Shown here one piece after another: positions 55,146 through 64,000 of a stretch of 64,000 nt of DNA (its first letter is position 1; every line of letters begins with the position of its first letter). The DNA lies in the NCBI GenBank assembly GCA_046290465.1, contig JBKAGP010000001.1, positions 3,776,001 through 3,840,000 on the forward strand, read 5' to 3'. This DNA is from Planctomycetota bacterium. Lineage in GTDB: Bacteria; Planctomycetota; UBA1135; UBA2386. The notes under the pieces are model-generated. The model saw only the letters and a program-made list of their open reading frames with translations, was not told where the DNA came from and made no database searches. The position numbers and the translations under genes were made by a program.

Positions 55146-55264
55146 GGCGGCCCGCAGTTCTAACCCGCTTCGCGCGTCGACGGTGCGCTCGAGTGCGTCG
55201 GAAATCGTGACCGGGCGCGGCAGAGCTTGCCGCGCACGGGGCAGCCGCGCTCGCGACGCGCCCT

Positions 55265-55292
55265 TTGCAAGCGAACGGACCGCCCGCAGAAT
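55265..55292 (+). promoter_or_regulatory. Putative sigma70 promoter of pta
   Basis: TTGCAA-16 nt-CAGAAT, with ATG 7 nt downstream. Confidence 0.5.
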
Positions 55293-55299
55293 GCCCTGC

Positions 55300-56211
55300 A
55301 TGATCGACGTGCTGGACCGCCTGCGCGACCGCGCCCGCAGCCGCAGGGCGCGCATCGTGCTGCCCGAGACCGACGACGAACGCGCCGTCGCCGCGCGACA
55401 GCGCATCGAGAGAGACGGCCTCGGCGAGGTCGTGTGGGTCGAATCCCCGCGCGACGACGCGCGTTTCGACGAGGTCGCCGCGCTGGTGCACGAGCGACGC
55501 CGGCACAAGGGGATCGACGAACAGCAGGCGCGCGACCTGGCGGCGCAGCCGCTGGTGTTCGGGGCCGGCCTGTGCGCGCTCGACCACGCCGACTGCGGCG
55601 TCAGCGGCGCCGCGCACTCGACCGCCGACGTGATCCGCGCCGGCCTGTTCTGCCTCGGCACGGCGCCGTCGATCCCGCTGGTCTCGTCGATGTTCCTGAT
55701 GGTGCGCGGCGACGAGGTGCTGTCCTACGCGGACTGCGGCGTGATCCCGGACCCGGACCCGGGACAACTCGTGCACATCGCCAACGCGACCGCGCACAAC
55801 CACCGGCTGTTCACCGACGACGAGCCGCGCGTGGCGTTCTTGTCGTTCAGCACGCACGGCAGCGCCGAGCACGACAAGGTCACCAAGGTGCGCGCGGCGT
55901 GCGCCGCGTTCCGCGAGGCGCACCCGGACGTGCTGGCCGACGGCGAACTGCAGTTCGACGCCGCCTACGTGCCGTCGGTGGCGCAGCGCAAGTGCCCGGA
56001 CAGCCCGATCGAGGGCCGCGCCAACGTGCTGGTGTTCCCCGACCTCGACGCCGGCAACCTCGCCTACAAGCTGACCCAGCGGCTGGGCGGCTTCGACGCC
56101 TACGGCCCGCTGCTGCAGGGCCTGCGCAAGCCGTGGCTGGACCTCTCGCGCGGCTGCACGGCCGACGACGTCGTCGGGGTCGCCGTGATCGCCAGCGCGA
56201 TGCTCGGCTGA
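55300..56211 (+). CDS. pta: Phosphate acetyltransferase (short form)
   Basis: RIVLPE, SGAAHSTADV, VSSMFLM, YADCG, VAFLSFST.GS, DGELQFDAA, ANVLVFPDLDAGN..YK, GPLLQG..KP..DLSRG. Confidence 0.9.
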   Translation: MIDVLDRLRDRARSRRARIVLPETDDERAVAARQRIERDGLGEVVWVESPRDDARFDEVAALVHERRRHKGIDEQQARDLAAQPLVFGAGLCALDHADCGVSGAAHSTADVIRAGLFCLGTAPSIPLVSSMFLMVRGDEVLSYADCGVIPDPDPGQLVHIANATAHNHRLFTDDEPRVAFLSFSTHGSAEHDKVTKVRAACAAFREAHPDVLADGELQFDAAYVPSVAQRKCPDSPIEGRANVLVFPDLDAGNLAYKLTQRLGGFDAYGPLLQGLRKPWLDLSRGCTADDVVGVAVIASAMLG

Positions 56212-56320
56212 GCCCGACCGCCCCTGGCGAGACGATCGCAGGTCGCCGATCGGGAGCATTGCCGCACCAGCCCGCTTGCGCCGGCGCATCGGGCGGCGGA
56301 GACTCGCGCTGGGAGCTGCC

Positions 56321-57355
56321 ATGAACCGGATCCGAGTCGCCGTTCTTCTTTCCCTGCTGGTCTGCCTCGGCGGATGCCTCGAACTCGACGGCCAGGACGT
56401 CTACCTGCGCTTCGACGTCGACAACGACCGCATCGACGCGATGTTCATCCACCGCGGCGTGTTCGCCGAGGGTGGCAACGGCAGCGGCAGCGACCCGATC
56501 GCCAAGGCGATCAAGGACCTCGACGAGGCCAGCCAGACCGGCGAGTTCGTGTTCTGGAACAACTGGCCGATGTCGTGCAACCCGAGCCGCGACTACGACG
56601 CGCCGCGCAACGCGCTGCTGAAGCACATCGACGTCGAGAACGGCGGCCTGTTCACCGATCCCAAGGGCGAGCTTTGCGCCTACCAGTTCGTGCGGATCAA
56701 CAAGGCGAAGTCGTTCGTCAAGAAGCTCAACACGCTGCTCGAACTCGCGGTGCAGGCGACCGGCGGCATCAAGCCGCTCGGCAACCACCAGCTCGACGAC
56801 GAGTCGAAGGACAACATCCGCGAGTTCCTGCGCAGCCGCGAGAAGATGCTGACGATCGAGGACGGCCGCATCGAGCTGCGCCTGCCGTTCTCGCCGAAGG
56901 ACCACCGGTGGTTCAAGAAGGCGATCGAGGACCACTTCCTCGACAACATGCCCAACGAGATCACGCGCCGCGAAGCGGTCGCGCAGCGCCGCAAGAACGG
57001 CGGCGTCGTCACCGACACGACGCTCAGCAACGAGACGGTCGCGATCGACGGGGTCGACATGCGCAAGGCGATCGAGCGCGCGCCGAGCTACCGGTTCTTC
57101 TGGGACAACGACATCTCGATCCAACGCACGCTGGAGCTGACCACGATCGGCATCGGCGTCACCGGCGCCGACGAACTGCACGTGCACAAGGCCCGCTCGG
57201 GCCTCTACAACGACGCACTGCTGAAGAAGCTCAACGGCAACGAGGATCACAAGATCGAGAGCGGCCTGCCCGACCAGGAGCTGATGCGCCGCTTCGACGC
57301 GTTCGGCACCCGCGACGCGAAGCTGCCCGAACTGCTGGCGAAGAAGCGCGCCTAG
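56321..57355 (+). CDS. Lipoprotein, unknown function
   Basis: GGGAG RBS; lipobox LGG|C; strong coding codon bias. Confidence 0.75.
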   Translation: MNRIRVAVLLSLLVCLGGCLELDGQDVYLRFDVDNDRIDAMFIHRGVFAEGGNGSGSDPIAKAIKDLDEASQTGEFVFWNNWPMSCNPSRDYDAPRNALLKHIDVENGGLFTDPKGELCAYQFVRINKAKSFVKKLNTLLELAVQATGGIKPLGNHQLDDESKDNIREFLRSREKMLTIEDGRIELRLPFSPKDHRWFKKAIEDHFLDNMPNEITRREAVAQRRKNGGVVTDTTLSNETVAIDGVDMRKAIERAPSYRFFWDNDISIQRTLELTTIGIGVTGADELHVHKARSGLYNDALLKKLNGNEDHKIESGLPDQELMRRFDAFGTRDAKLPELLAKKRA

Positions 57356-57394
57356 CACAGCCTGGCCGCACGGCCCGGATCGCTGCCGCGGGCC

Positions 57395-60300
57395 TCACAG
57401 GCCGACGCCCCAGACCATCACGAAGCACTCGGCGCCGGACAGCGAGCTGAGCCCGATCAGCCGTTCACCGCCGTGCACGAACGCCAGTCGCGCGACCGCC
57501 TTGGGCGCGTCGGACAGCGACAGCAGTTCGACCCCGTCGCGACTGATCAGGTGCACGATCGCGCGATCGTCGCTGGCGGCGATCCGCCCCTCGCCCGGCT
57601 CGATCGCCAACGCCGAGTAGGGCGCCCGGTCGAGCAGCGTCGTCGACGCGGCCGCCCCGGCCGGCTGCCACGCGATCCGCTCGCGCTCGCTGCGCACCAG
57701 CTCGCCGCCACGCAGCGCGAACGCGGTCACGTCGGCGGCAGCCTCGCGGCGGCCGACCCGCCCGGTCTCGGGCTCGATCCAGCGCAGCTCGTCGGCGCCC
57801 ACTCCACAGACGAAGCAGCCGCTCGCCCGGTCCCAGCGGACCCGTTCGCCGACGCCCTGGTCGAGCCGATGGCGCAGCTTCATGTCGGGCAGGCTCCAGA
57901 TCCGGGCGCCGCCCGCACCCCAGGTCGTGCCGAGCAACCAGCGGCCGTCGTGCGACACCTCGAGGTGCGCGATCGGGCGACCGGGGCGATCGCCATGGCG
58001 GACCTCTCCCGTCGTCCGGTCGATGGCCATCAGGGCGTGGCCCGCGACGAAGACCTCGCCGCCGGTCACCGCGCACCCCATCAACCACGCGGCCTTGTCC
58101 CCGTCGACCAAGTCGCGCTCGAACTCGAGTTCGAGCGTGGCCGCGTTCCAGCACTTGACGTTGCCGCGCGAATTGCAGACCGCGAACGTGCTGCCGTCGG
58201 CAGCGACGCCGAGGTCGGTCACGTTGAAGCCCGCCGGCAGCGCCACCGCGCGGCGCCGCGGCGTGGTCGACCAGACGCTGGTCGAACGCTCGGAGGTGCA
58301 CGCGAGCAGCTTCCCGTCGGGGCTCAGCTCCAACGCCTCGCACGGACCGTCCAGGCCGTGGAACCGGCCGTGCAGCTCCAACGTCTCGGCCGACCAGGCC
58401 AGCACGCTGGTGCCGGGCGCACCCGCGCCGAACAGCACCCGGCGATCGTCGGACAGCCGCAGGGCGTTGAGTTCGAAGCCGACGTGCACGCGCTGCCGCA
58501 GCCGCATCGTGCTGAGGTCGACGCGGTGCAGCTTCGGGCCGCCGCCGACGAACACCGCGTCGCGCGGCTCGTCGACGGCGAGGGTCTTGGCCCCCTCCTT
58601 GTCGAGCGCGACCTCGGCGACCAGCGCGCCGTCGCGCACCCGCCGCCGCTGCAGGCGGCCGTCGGCGAGCGCCAACAGCAGTTCTTCGCCATCGGCGACG
58701 AACTCCATGCGCCATGCGAACTGCTCGCCCGGGACGTTGCACAGGCGACGCGGCGGCTGGCGGCCGAAGATGTCGAGCAGGGTCACGTCGCCGACGTTCT
58801 GCGAGATCGCCAGCACCCGTTCGTCCGGCGACAGCGCCAGCGAGCGGATGTCGAGCAGGCGGCCGCGGGCGCCGCGCGGAGCCACGTCGTGCAGCGTGCG
58901 CCGCAGGCCGATCACCGTGTCGATCATCGTGACCCGCGAGTAGTTGTCGGTGACCGCGAACGCGCGCCGCCGATCCCGACTGTGCACGAACTGGGTGACG
59001 TGGCCGGCGAACTTCAGCAGGCGCGTGTGCTCGCTCGGATCCGACGGGTCCCAGCGCGCGACGTTGGCGTCGTAGTAGACCTGGCAGAGCTGGTCGTCGT
59101 CGAGCCACAGCAGGCCGCCGATCTCCTGGTCGACGACGCTCGGCAACCTCGCGATCGACGTGTCGCAGAGGCTCGCCAGGTAGCGCCACTCCCAGCCGCG
59201 CAGCGGCGGCGCCGCCGCGTCGAGGTGCCGCTGGGCCGACGCGACGTCCCCGGTCTCGATCGCCGCCTGCGCCGCAGCCATATGGGCCGCGTATTCGTTG
59301 CGAGTCGCCAGCTCGCGACGCTGCTCGGCGACGTCGTTGGCGAGCGACACCTGCCGCAGCGACCACCACAGCCCGGCCACCCCGACACCGACGCCGAGCA
59401 GCACGGTCAGGGTCAGCGCAACCGCGACGCGATGCCGGTCGACGAACCGTCGCAGCAGGTAGAGGACCTCGGGTTCCCGCGCGCTGACCGGTTCGCGGCG
59501 GCGGTAGCGTTCGACGTCGGCGATCAAGTCCCCGACGGCGCCGTAGCGCTGCTCGGGACTCCGGGCCAGCGACTTGCGCACGATCCACTCGAGGTCACCG
59601 GTCAACGCCCGCTGCAGCGCCGCCGCGCTCGAGGCCCGCCGCGCCGCGATCGCCTCGCCCGCCGCCTCGGCATCGCGCAACGCCGTGCTGAGCCGGCGCG
59701 GCTCCTCCTGCTGGACCAACCTCGCGAGCTCGCCGAGGCCGACCTCGCACAGCCGCGTGCGCGCGAACGGCAGGTCGCCGCTGAGCAGTTCGTAGAGCAG
59801 CGCGCCGAGCGCGTAGACGTCGGCGCGCGTGTCGACCGGTTCGCCGGCGGCCTGTTCGGGGCTCATGTAGCCCGGCGTGCCGATCATCGCGCCGTCGCGC
59901 GTGACCAGCGACTTGCCGTCGGCGTCCTCGAGCACCTTGGCGACGCCAAAGTCGATGACCTTCGGGGTCGGCTCGCCGTCCTCGAGCTTGACCATCACGT
60001 TGTTGGGCGTCAGGTCGCGGTGCACCACGCCGCGCTGGTGGGCGTGCTGCACGGCGGCGCAGACCTTGAGGAACAGCGCGACGCGGTCGTCGAGCGACAG
60101 CCGGAAGCGGTCGCACCACGCCGTGATCGGCTCGCCGTCGACGAACTCCATCGCGAAGTAGTGCAGGCCCTCGTCGGTGCTGCCGGCGTCGAAGATCTGC
60201 GCGATGAACGGGTGCTGCATGCGCGCCAGCACCTGACGTTCGGCCTGGAAGCGCCACTTCGAACGTTCGTCGAGCCGCAGCGGGTGCAGCACCTTGAGCG

Positions 60301-60643
60301 CGACGACGCGCCGCACCGGTTCGTGCTGCAGCGCGCGGTAGACGGTGCCGAAGCCGCCCTCGCCGAGCAGCGACTCGACCCGGTAGTCGCCGACCCGTTC
60401 GGGCAGCGGCGTCTCCGCGAGCGGATCGCGCACCCGCTCGAGCATGCGGTCGCCGGTCTGCATCATGTCGACGCGGGCGCGGATCGCCGCGCGGCTGTCC
60501 GGACGCCGATCGCACAGCCCGGCCAAGAGCCGCGGCCGTTCGTCGGCGCCGCGATCGAGCAGGATCTCGTAGAGCTCGGTCTCGACGTCCTCCGGCAGCG
60601 GCGGCAGGTCGTCGGGCTCCTGGTCCGGTTGGTGCGAAGACAT
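57395..60643 (-). CDS. Ser/Thr protein kinase with TM segment and WD40-like propeller
   Basis: LGEGGFGTVY, VALK, HRDLTPNN, DFG, GTPGYMSPE; LRGWEWRYL; ALSPD repeats. Confidence 0.92.
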   Translation of the reverse strand: MSSHQPDQEPDDLPPLPEDVETELYEILLDRGADERPRLLAGLCDRRPDSRAAIRARVDMMQTGDRMLERVRDPLAETPLPERVGDYRVESLLGEGGFGTVYRALQHEPVRRVVALKVLHPLRLDERSKWRFQAERQVLARMQHPFIAQIFDAGSTDEGLHYFAMEFVDGEPITAWCDRFRLSLDDRVALFLKVCAAVQHAHQRGVVHRDLTPNNVMVKLEDGEPTPKVIDFGVAKVLEDADGKSLVTRDGAMIGTPGYMSPEQAAGEPVDTRADVYALGALLYELLSGDLPFARTRLCEVGLGELARLVQQEEPRRLSTALRDAEAAGEAIAARRASSAAALQRALTGDLEWIVRKSLARSPEQRYGAVGDLIADVERYRRREPVSAREPEVLYLLRRFVDRHRVAVALTLTVLLGVGVGVAGLWWSLRQVSLANDVAEQRRELATRNEYAAHMAAAQAAIETGDVASAQRHLDAAAPPLRGWEWRYLASLCDTSIARLPSVVDQEIGGLLWLDDDQLCQVYYDANVARWDPSDPSEHTRLLKFAGHVTQFVHSRDRRRAFAVTDNYSRVTMIDTVIGLRRTLHDVAPRGARGRLLDIRSLALSPDERVLAISQNVGDVTLLDIFGRQPPRRLCNVPGEQFAWRMEFVADGEELLLALADGRLQRRRVRDGALVAEVALDKEGAKTLAVDEPRDAVFVGGGPKLHRVDLSTMRLRQRVHVGFELNALRLSDDRRVLFGAGAPGTSVLAWSAETLELHGRFHGLDGPCEALELSPDGKLLACTSERSTSVWSTTPRRRAVALPAGFNVTDLGVAADGSTFAVCNSRGNVKCWNAATLELEFERDLVDGDKAAWLMGCAVTGGEVFVAGHALMAIDRTTGEVRHGDRPGRPIAHLEVSHDGRWLLGTTWGAGGARIWSLPDMKLRHRLDQGVGERVRWDRASGCFVCGVGADELRWIEPETGRVGRREAAADVTAFALRGGELVRSERERIAWQPAGAAASTTLLDRAPYSALAIEPGEGRIAASDDRAIVHLISRDGVELLSLSDAPKAVARLAFVHGGERLIGLSSLSGAECFVMVWGVGL

Positions 60644-60696
60644 GGCGAAGGCGACGCGTTGGCCGAATGCTAGCCGGACGGCGTTAGGATGCGGGA

Positions 60697-61290
60697 GTGA
60701 GCGGCGACTTCGACGAGCTGCAGCGGAGCGTGACCAATGGTGACGAGCAGGCGCTCGATCGCATGGTCGCCCGCTTCCTGCCGCGCCTGCACGCGTTCGT
60801 GCGGGTGCAGATGGGGCCGGGCCTGCGTCGGCGCGAAGCCTCCGTCGACGTCGTGCAATCGGTCTGCCGCGAGGTGCTCGAAGAACGTGACTCGTTCGAG
60901 TTCCGCGGCGAGGGCGCGTTCTTGAGCTGGCTGCTGACCGCCGCGATGAACAAGCTGCGCGAACGGGCGCGGTTCTTCTCTCGACAGCGCCGCGACGTCG
61001 CCCGCGAGGCGGTGCTGCCGGACGCGATCGCGTATCGCGGGCTGTCGCCGAGTCGCGAGGTCATGGATCAGGAAGAGGTCGGCCGGCTCGAAGACGCACT
61101 CGCGCAGCTGCCGGACGACTACCGCGAGATCCTGGTGCTGGCGCGCATCGTCGGCATGCCGCACGCGGACATCGCCGAACACCTCGGCCGCTCGCTGCCA
61201 TCCGTCCGCAACGCGCTCGGGCGGGCCGTGACCCGCCTCGGCAAGTTGATGAAGGACGGCGCGAGCGGCGACGGCGCCGACCGCGACTAG
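60697..61290 (+). CDS. ECF sigma-70 factor divergent from a kinase
   Basis: GDEQALDRM, DVVQSV, FEFRGEGAFLSWL, SPSR, ALAQLPDDYREILVL. Confidence 0.9.
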   Translation: MSGDFDELQRSVTNGDEQALDRMVARFLPRLHAFVRVQMGPGLRRREASVDVVQSVCREVLEERDSFEFRGEGAFLSWLLTAAMNKLRERARFFSRQRRDVAREAVLPDAIAYRGLSPSREVMDQEEVGRLEDALAQLPDDYREILVLARIVGMPHADIAEHLGRSLPSVRNALGRAVTRLGKLMKDGASGDGADRD

Positions 61291-63800
61291 AGATCGCCGA
61301 TGGTGCCGCGCAGGCCCTGGCTCAACGCGATGTTGATCTGGTTGATGCCGGGCACCCAGGCGCCACCCTGCGCGTAGACCATCTGCCCGACCAGCGCCGG
61401 GTTGGCCGGCACGAACAGCGAGTAGACCGGGTTGGGCGACGGCAGCAGGAACGCCTCGGTCACGGCGCCGCCGGTCAGCACCGTGCAGCCGGGCGCGAGC
61501 AGGCCGAGCGGCGTGTTGGCCGCGACCATGTCGAGCTGCAGGATGCCGATCAACGCGCCCGCCGGCACGCTGTCGAGGTTGATCTGCCACGGCTGGCACA
61601 GCATCGGACGGGTGTTGCCGCTGATCGTCATGCCGTAGCAGCCGTTGCCGTAGCTGTCGTTCTGCGCGACCTGGTCGCCGTTGGCGCGATCGTCCGACAG
61701 GTAGAGCATCGTGAACGCCTCGTCGGCCGGCGCACCCGCGGCGTCGTAGCAGCGAACGGTCACCTGCGTGCCGCCGCTGCCGTTGCCGGCCCAGCCGCTG
61801 ACCGACGCGTATTCGCTGCCGCCGCCGTAGGCCGTGACCTGCACGGTCGAGCTGTCGAACGCCGCGAGCGTCGGCAGCTCGACCTGGTAGACCCCGACGC
61901 CGAGGCGTGAGACCTCGATCGGATCGGTCGACGGCACGGTGCCGTTCTCGTCGGTGTAGGCCGCACCCGGCAGGTAGCTGGCCGTGAACGGCTGCCCCGC
62001 CCAGACGTGCGCGCCGGAGCCCTGCATGTCGCCGATCGGCGCCGCCACCTCGTTGTAGCTGACCATGAAGCGGCCGTTGCTCGGGTTGCCGGCGCCGTCG
62101 TAGACGCGCACGCCGATGGTCACGCCGGTCGAGCCTGCCGCCCAGCCGCTGACCTTGGCACGCAGCAGACCAGGACCGTACGGCGTCACCTGCACGTGGC
62201 CGAGTTCGGCGCCGAGCGGATCGAGCCCGGGGAAGAAGACCGTGTAGCTGCCGGTGCCGCCGCGCGTGATCGTCGGATCCGGACGGTCGGCGTTGAACGA
62301 GAAGTCGGTCGCCGGCGTGTAGCTGTTGGCGTTGGGCGAGTTGGCGAAGCAGTAGGCCTCGCGGGTGCGGTCGTTGCCACCCGAACGGAAGTGCACCGTG
62401 AACGCCGCGTCGTTGGCCGGGCCGCCGCTCGGCGTCCAGCAGTCGACGTAGATCCACACCGCCGAACCGACCAGCGACCAGCTGTTGACGACCGCCGTGT
62501 GGTTGCCGCCGTAGGCCGACGCGTGCGCCGTTCCGTTGGCCGTGCTCATGCCGGGGATCTTCACGACGTAGCGGTGCTGCAGGCCAGCGAAGCGGTCGAC
62601 GGTGATCGTCTGCCCCGAGGTCGTGTGCTGGTAGGTCGCCGACGGCGTGAACGACGCGCCCTGGTTGACCGGGTAGACCCAGGCCCAGGCGACCTCGCGC
62701 TGCCGCGCCGGCTCGTCGCTCAGGTAGATCAGGTCGAAGCGCGCGTCAGCCGGCCCGCCGTTGGCGTCGAACGTGCGCACGCGCACGATCGTGCCGCCGC
62801 AGCCGTCACCGCTCCAGTACTGCACCACCGCGTGGCTGTTGTCGTTGCCGTAGCTGGTCGCCGCCGCGTAGCTCTTGTTGGTCGGGATCATGTCCGGCAG
62901 GTAGACGTCGTAGCTGCCGACCCCGACGCGCGTGATGCGCTCGACGCCGTCGGGCCCGCCGGGGCCGTTGCTGTCGGTGTAGGTCGGGGTCGGCACGTAG
63001 CTCGCGGCGAACGGATCGTTCGCCCAGACGTGCGCGCCCGAACCGGCGTTGCCGTCGATCGCCGCCGCCGTCTCCTGGTAGCTCAGCGTGAAGCGCTGGT
63101 CCGCCAGCGAGCCGGTCGCGTCGTAGGTGCGCACGTCGACGAGCTGGTCGCCGCCGCCGGGGTTCCAGGTCGCGACCTTGGCGCGCATCGCGCTCGAACC
63201 GTACGGCGTGACCTGCACGTGCCCGCCCTCGGCGCCGAGCGGCGCGAGCCCCGGCAGCCGCACGCGGTAGTGGCCGGTGTTGAGCCGCTGGATCGTCGGC
63301 GCGGCGCGGTTGCCGTTCCACGCGTAGATGGCGCTCGGCGTGTAGCTGGCCGCGGTCGGGTTGTTGGCCCACAGGTAGGCTTCGCGGCGTTCGTCGTCGC
63401 CCTCCAGCCGGTACGAGATCGTGAACGCGGCGTCGTTGGCCGCGACGCCGTTGAGGTCGAACATCTCGACCGACGCGCGCACGGTGCCGGCGGTGATGCC
63501 CCAACCGTTGACGACCGCGACGCTGTCGCCGCCGTAGGCGTGCGCCTGCACCACCCCGGTCCCGGCCGAGAAGCCCGGCATGTCGACGTAGTAGAGGTTC
63601 TGCTGCGTCGGCGAACGGCTGACCGTGATGGTCCCGCCGGAGCTGGTGTACTGGTAGTTGGGGTTGGGAGTGAAGGTCGCGCCGGCGGTGCTCGGCGTGA
63701 CCCAGGCCCATGCAACCTCCTGCGCGAGCAGCGAGGGAGCGGACAGCAGGACGGCGGCCGCCGCGGTGGCAACGAACGGACGGAACGGGGATCGGATCAT
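61287..63800 (-). CDS. Secreted internally repetitive protein with shared C-terminal domain
   Basis: GAGG RBS; signal peptide ending LLA|Q; six W-A..P..ASYTP...Y units; SYGNGC...VPANPALVGQMVYAQG...LSQGLRGTIG. Confidence 0.8.
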   Translation of the reverse strand: MIRSPFRPFVATAAAAVLLSAPSLLAQEVAWAWVTPSTAGATFTPNPNYQYTSSGGTITVSRSPTQQNLYYVDMPGFSAGTGVVQAHAYGGDSVAVVNGWGITAGTVRASVEMFDLNGVAANDAAFTISYRLEGDDERREAYLWANNPTAASYTPSAIYAWNGNRAAPTIQRLNTGHYRVRLPGLAPLGAEGGHVQVTPYGSSAMRAKVATWNPGGGDQLVDVRTYDATGSLADQRFTLSYQETAAAIDGNAGSGAHVWANDPFAASYVPTPTYTDSNGPGGPDGVERITRVGVGSYDVYLPDMIPTNKSYAAATSYGNDNSHAVVQYWSGDGCGGTIVRVRTFDANGGPADARFDLIYLSDEPARQREVAWAWVYPVNQGASFTPSATYQHTTSGQTITVDRFAGLQHRYVVKIPGMSTANGTAHASAYGGNHTAVVNSWSLVGSAVWIYVDCWTPSGGPANDAAFTVHFRSGGNDRTREAYCFANSPNANSYTPATDFSFNADRPDPTITRGGTGSYTVFFPGLDPLGAELGHVQVTPYGPGLLRAKVSGWAAGSTGVTIGVRVYDGAGNPSNGRFMVSYNEVAAPIGDMQGSGAHVWAGQPFTASYLPGAAYTDENGTVPSTDPIEVSRLGVGVYQVELPTLAAFDSSTVQVTAYGGGSEYASVSGWAGNGSGGTQVTVRCYDAAGAPADEAFTMLYLSDDRANGDQVAQNDSYGNGCYGMTISGNTRPMLCQPWQINLDSVPAGALIGILQLDMVAANTPLGLLAPGCTVLTGGAVTEAFLLPSPNPVYSLFVPANPALVGQMVYAQGGAWVPGINQINIALSQGLRGTIGDL

Positions 63801-64000
63801 GGTGGGGACCTCGATGGATCGGGGAAGGGATGCGTCGGCCCCCACCAGTGCCACCCACCGACGATGTGCTCGCGCGTGCTCGCGATTTCCTCCGCTCATC
63901 GCCGCGCCGTAAGCGCCGGCGATCCCCGCGCGCATCCGTCAGGAAGCGAATGGCCTCATTGCGCTCATTGCCTATGATGCTCGCGCGATCGACGGCGGAG

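Noticed and set aside
1..64000. tRNA-Sec, sel genes, rRNA, integrase, prophage or defence genes
   Set aside because: No supporting motifs seen in this window; any Sec machinery must lie elsewhere

Overview
High-GC bacterial DNA, densely coded, with about 46 genes. The gene content suggests Planctomycetota (inference): several Ser/Thr kinases with TPR or WD40 domains, kinase-type ECF sigma factors and many secreted proteins. I saw no rRNA, tRNA, CRISPR array or transposase. Main observations: (1) two selenoprotein genes that the ORF track splits at an in-frame TGA, a lipoprotein MsrA (G-U-F-W-G) and an AhpC/TSA-like peroxiredoxin (W-U-P-Y-C), each followed exactly 12 nt later by a 7-bp-stem/5-nt-loop SECIS-like hairpin; (2) a translationally coupled three-gene operon (DUF3419/BtaA-like SAM enzyme, CADD/PqqC-type di-iron oxidase, GNAT-like protein) that looks like an uncharacterised biosynthetic pathway; (3) a shared C-terminal domain on about 7 otherwise unrelated secreted proteins, a candidate sorting or anchoring signal; (4) an 83-bp CTAG-bounded palindromic element in 3 copies, located at TAG stop codons; (5) an ETR1-like ethylene-binding domain fused to PAS-GGDEF-EAL; (6) ECF sigma factors with Ser/Thr in place of the DAED motif, near Hanks kinases. 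Start codons were re-picked by eye and family assignments come from motif recognition, not database searches.
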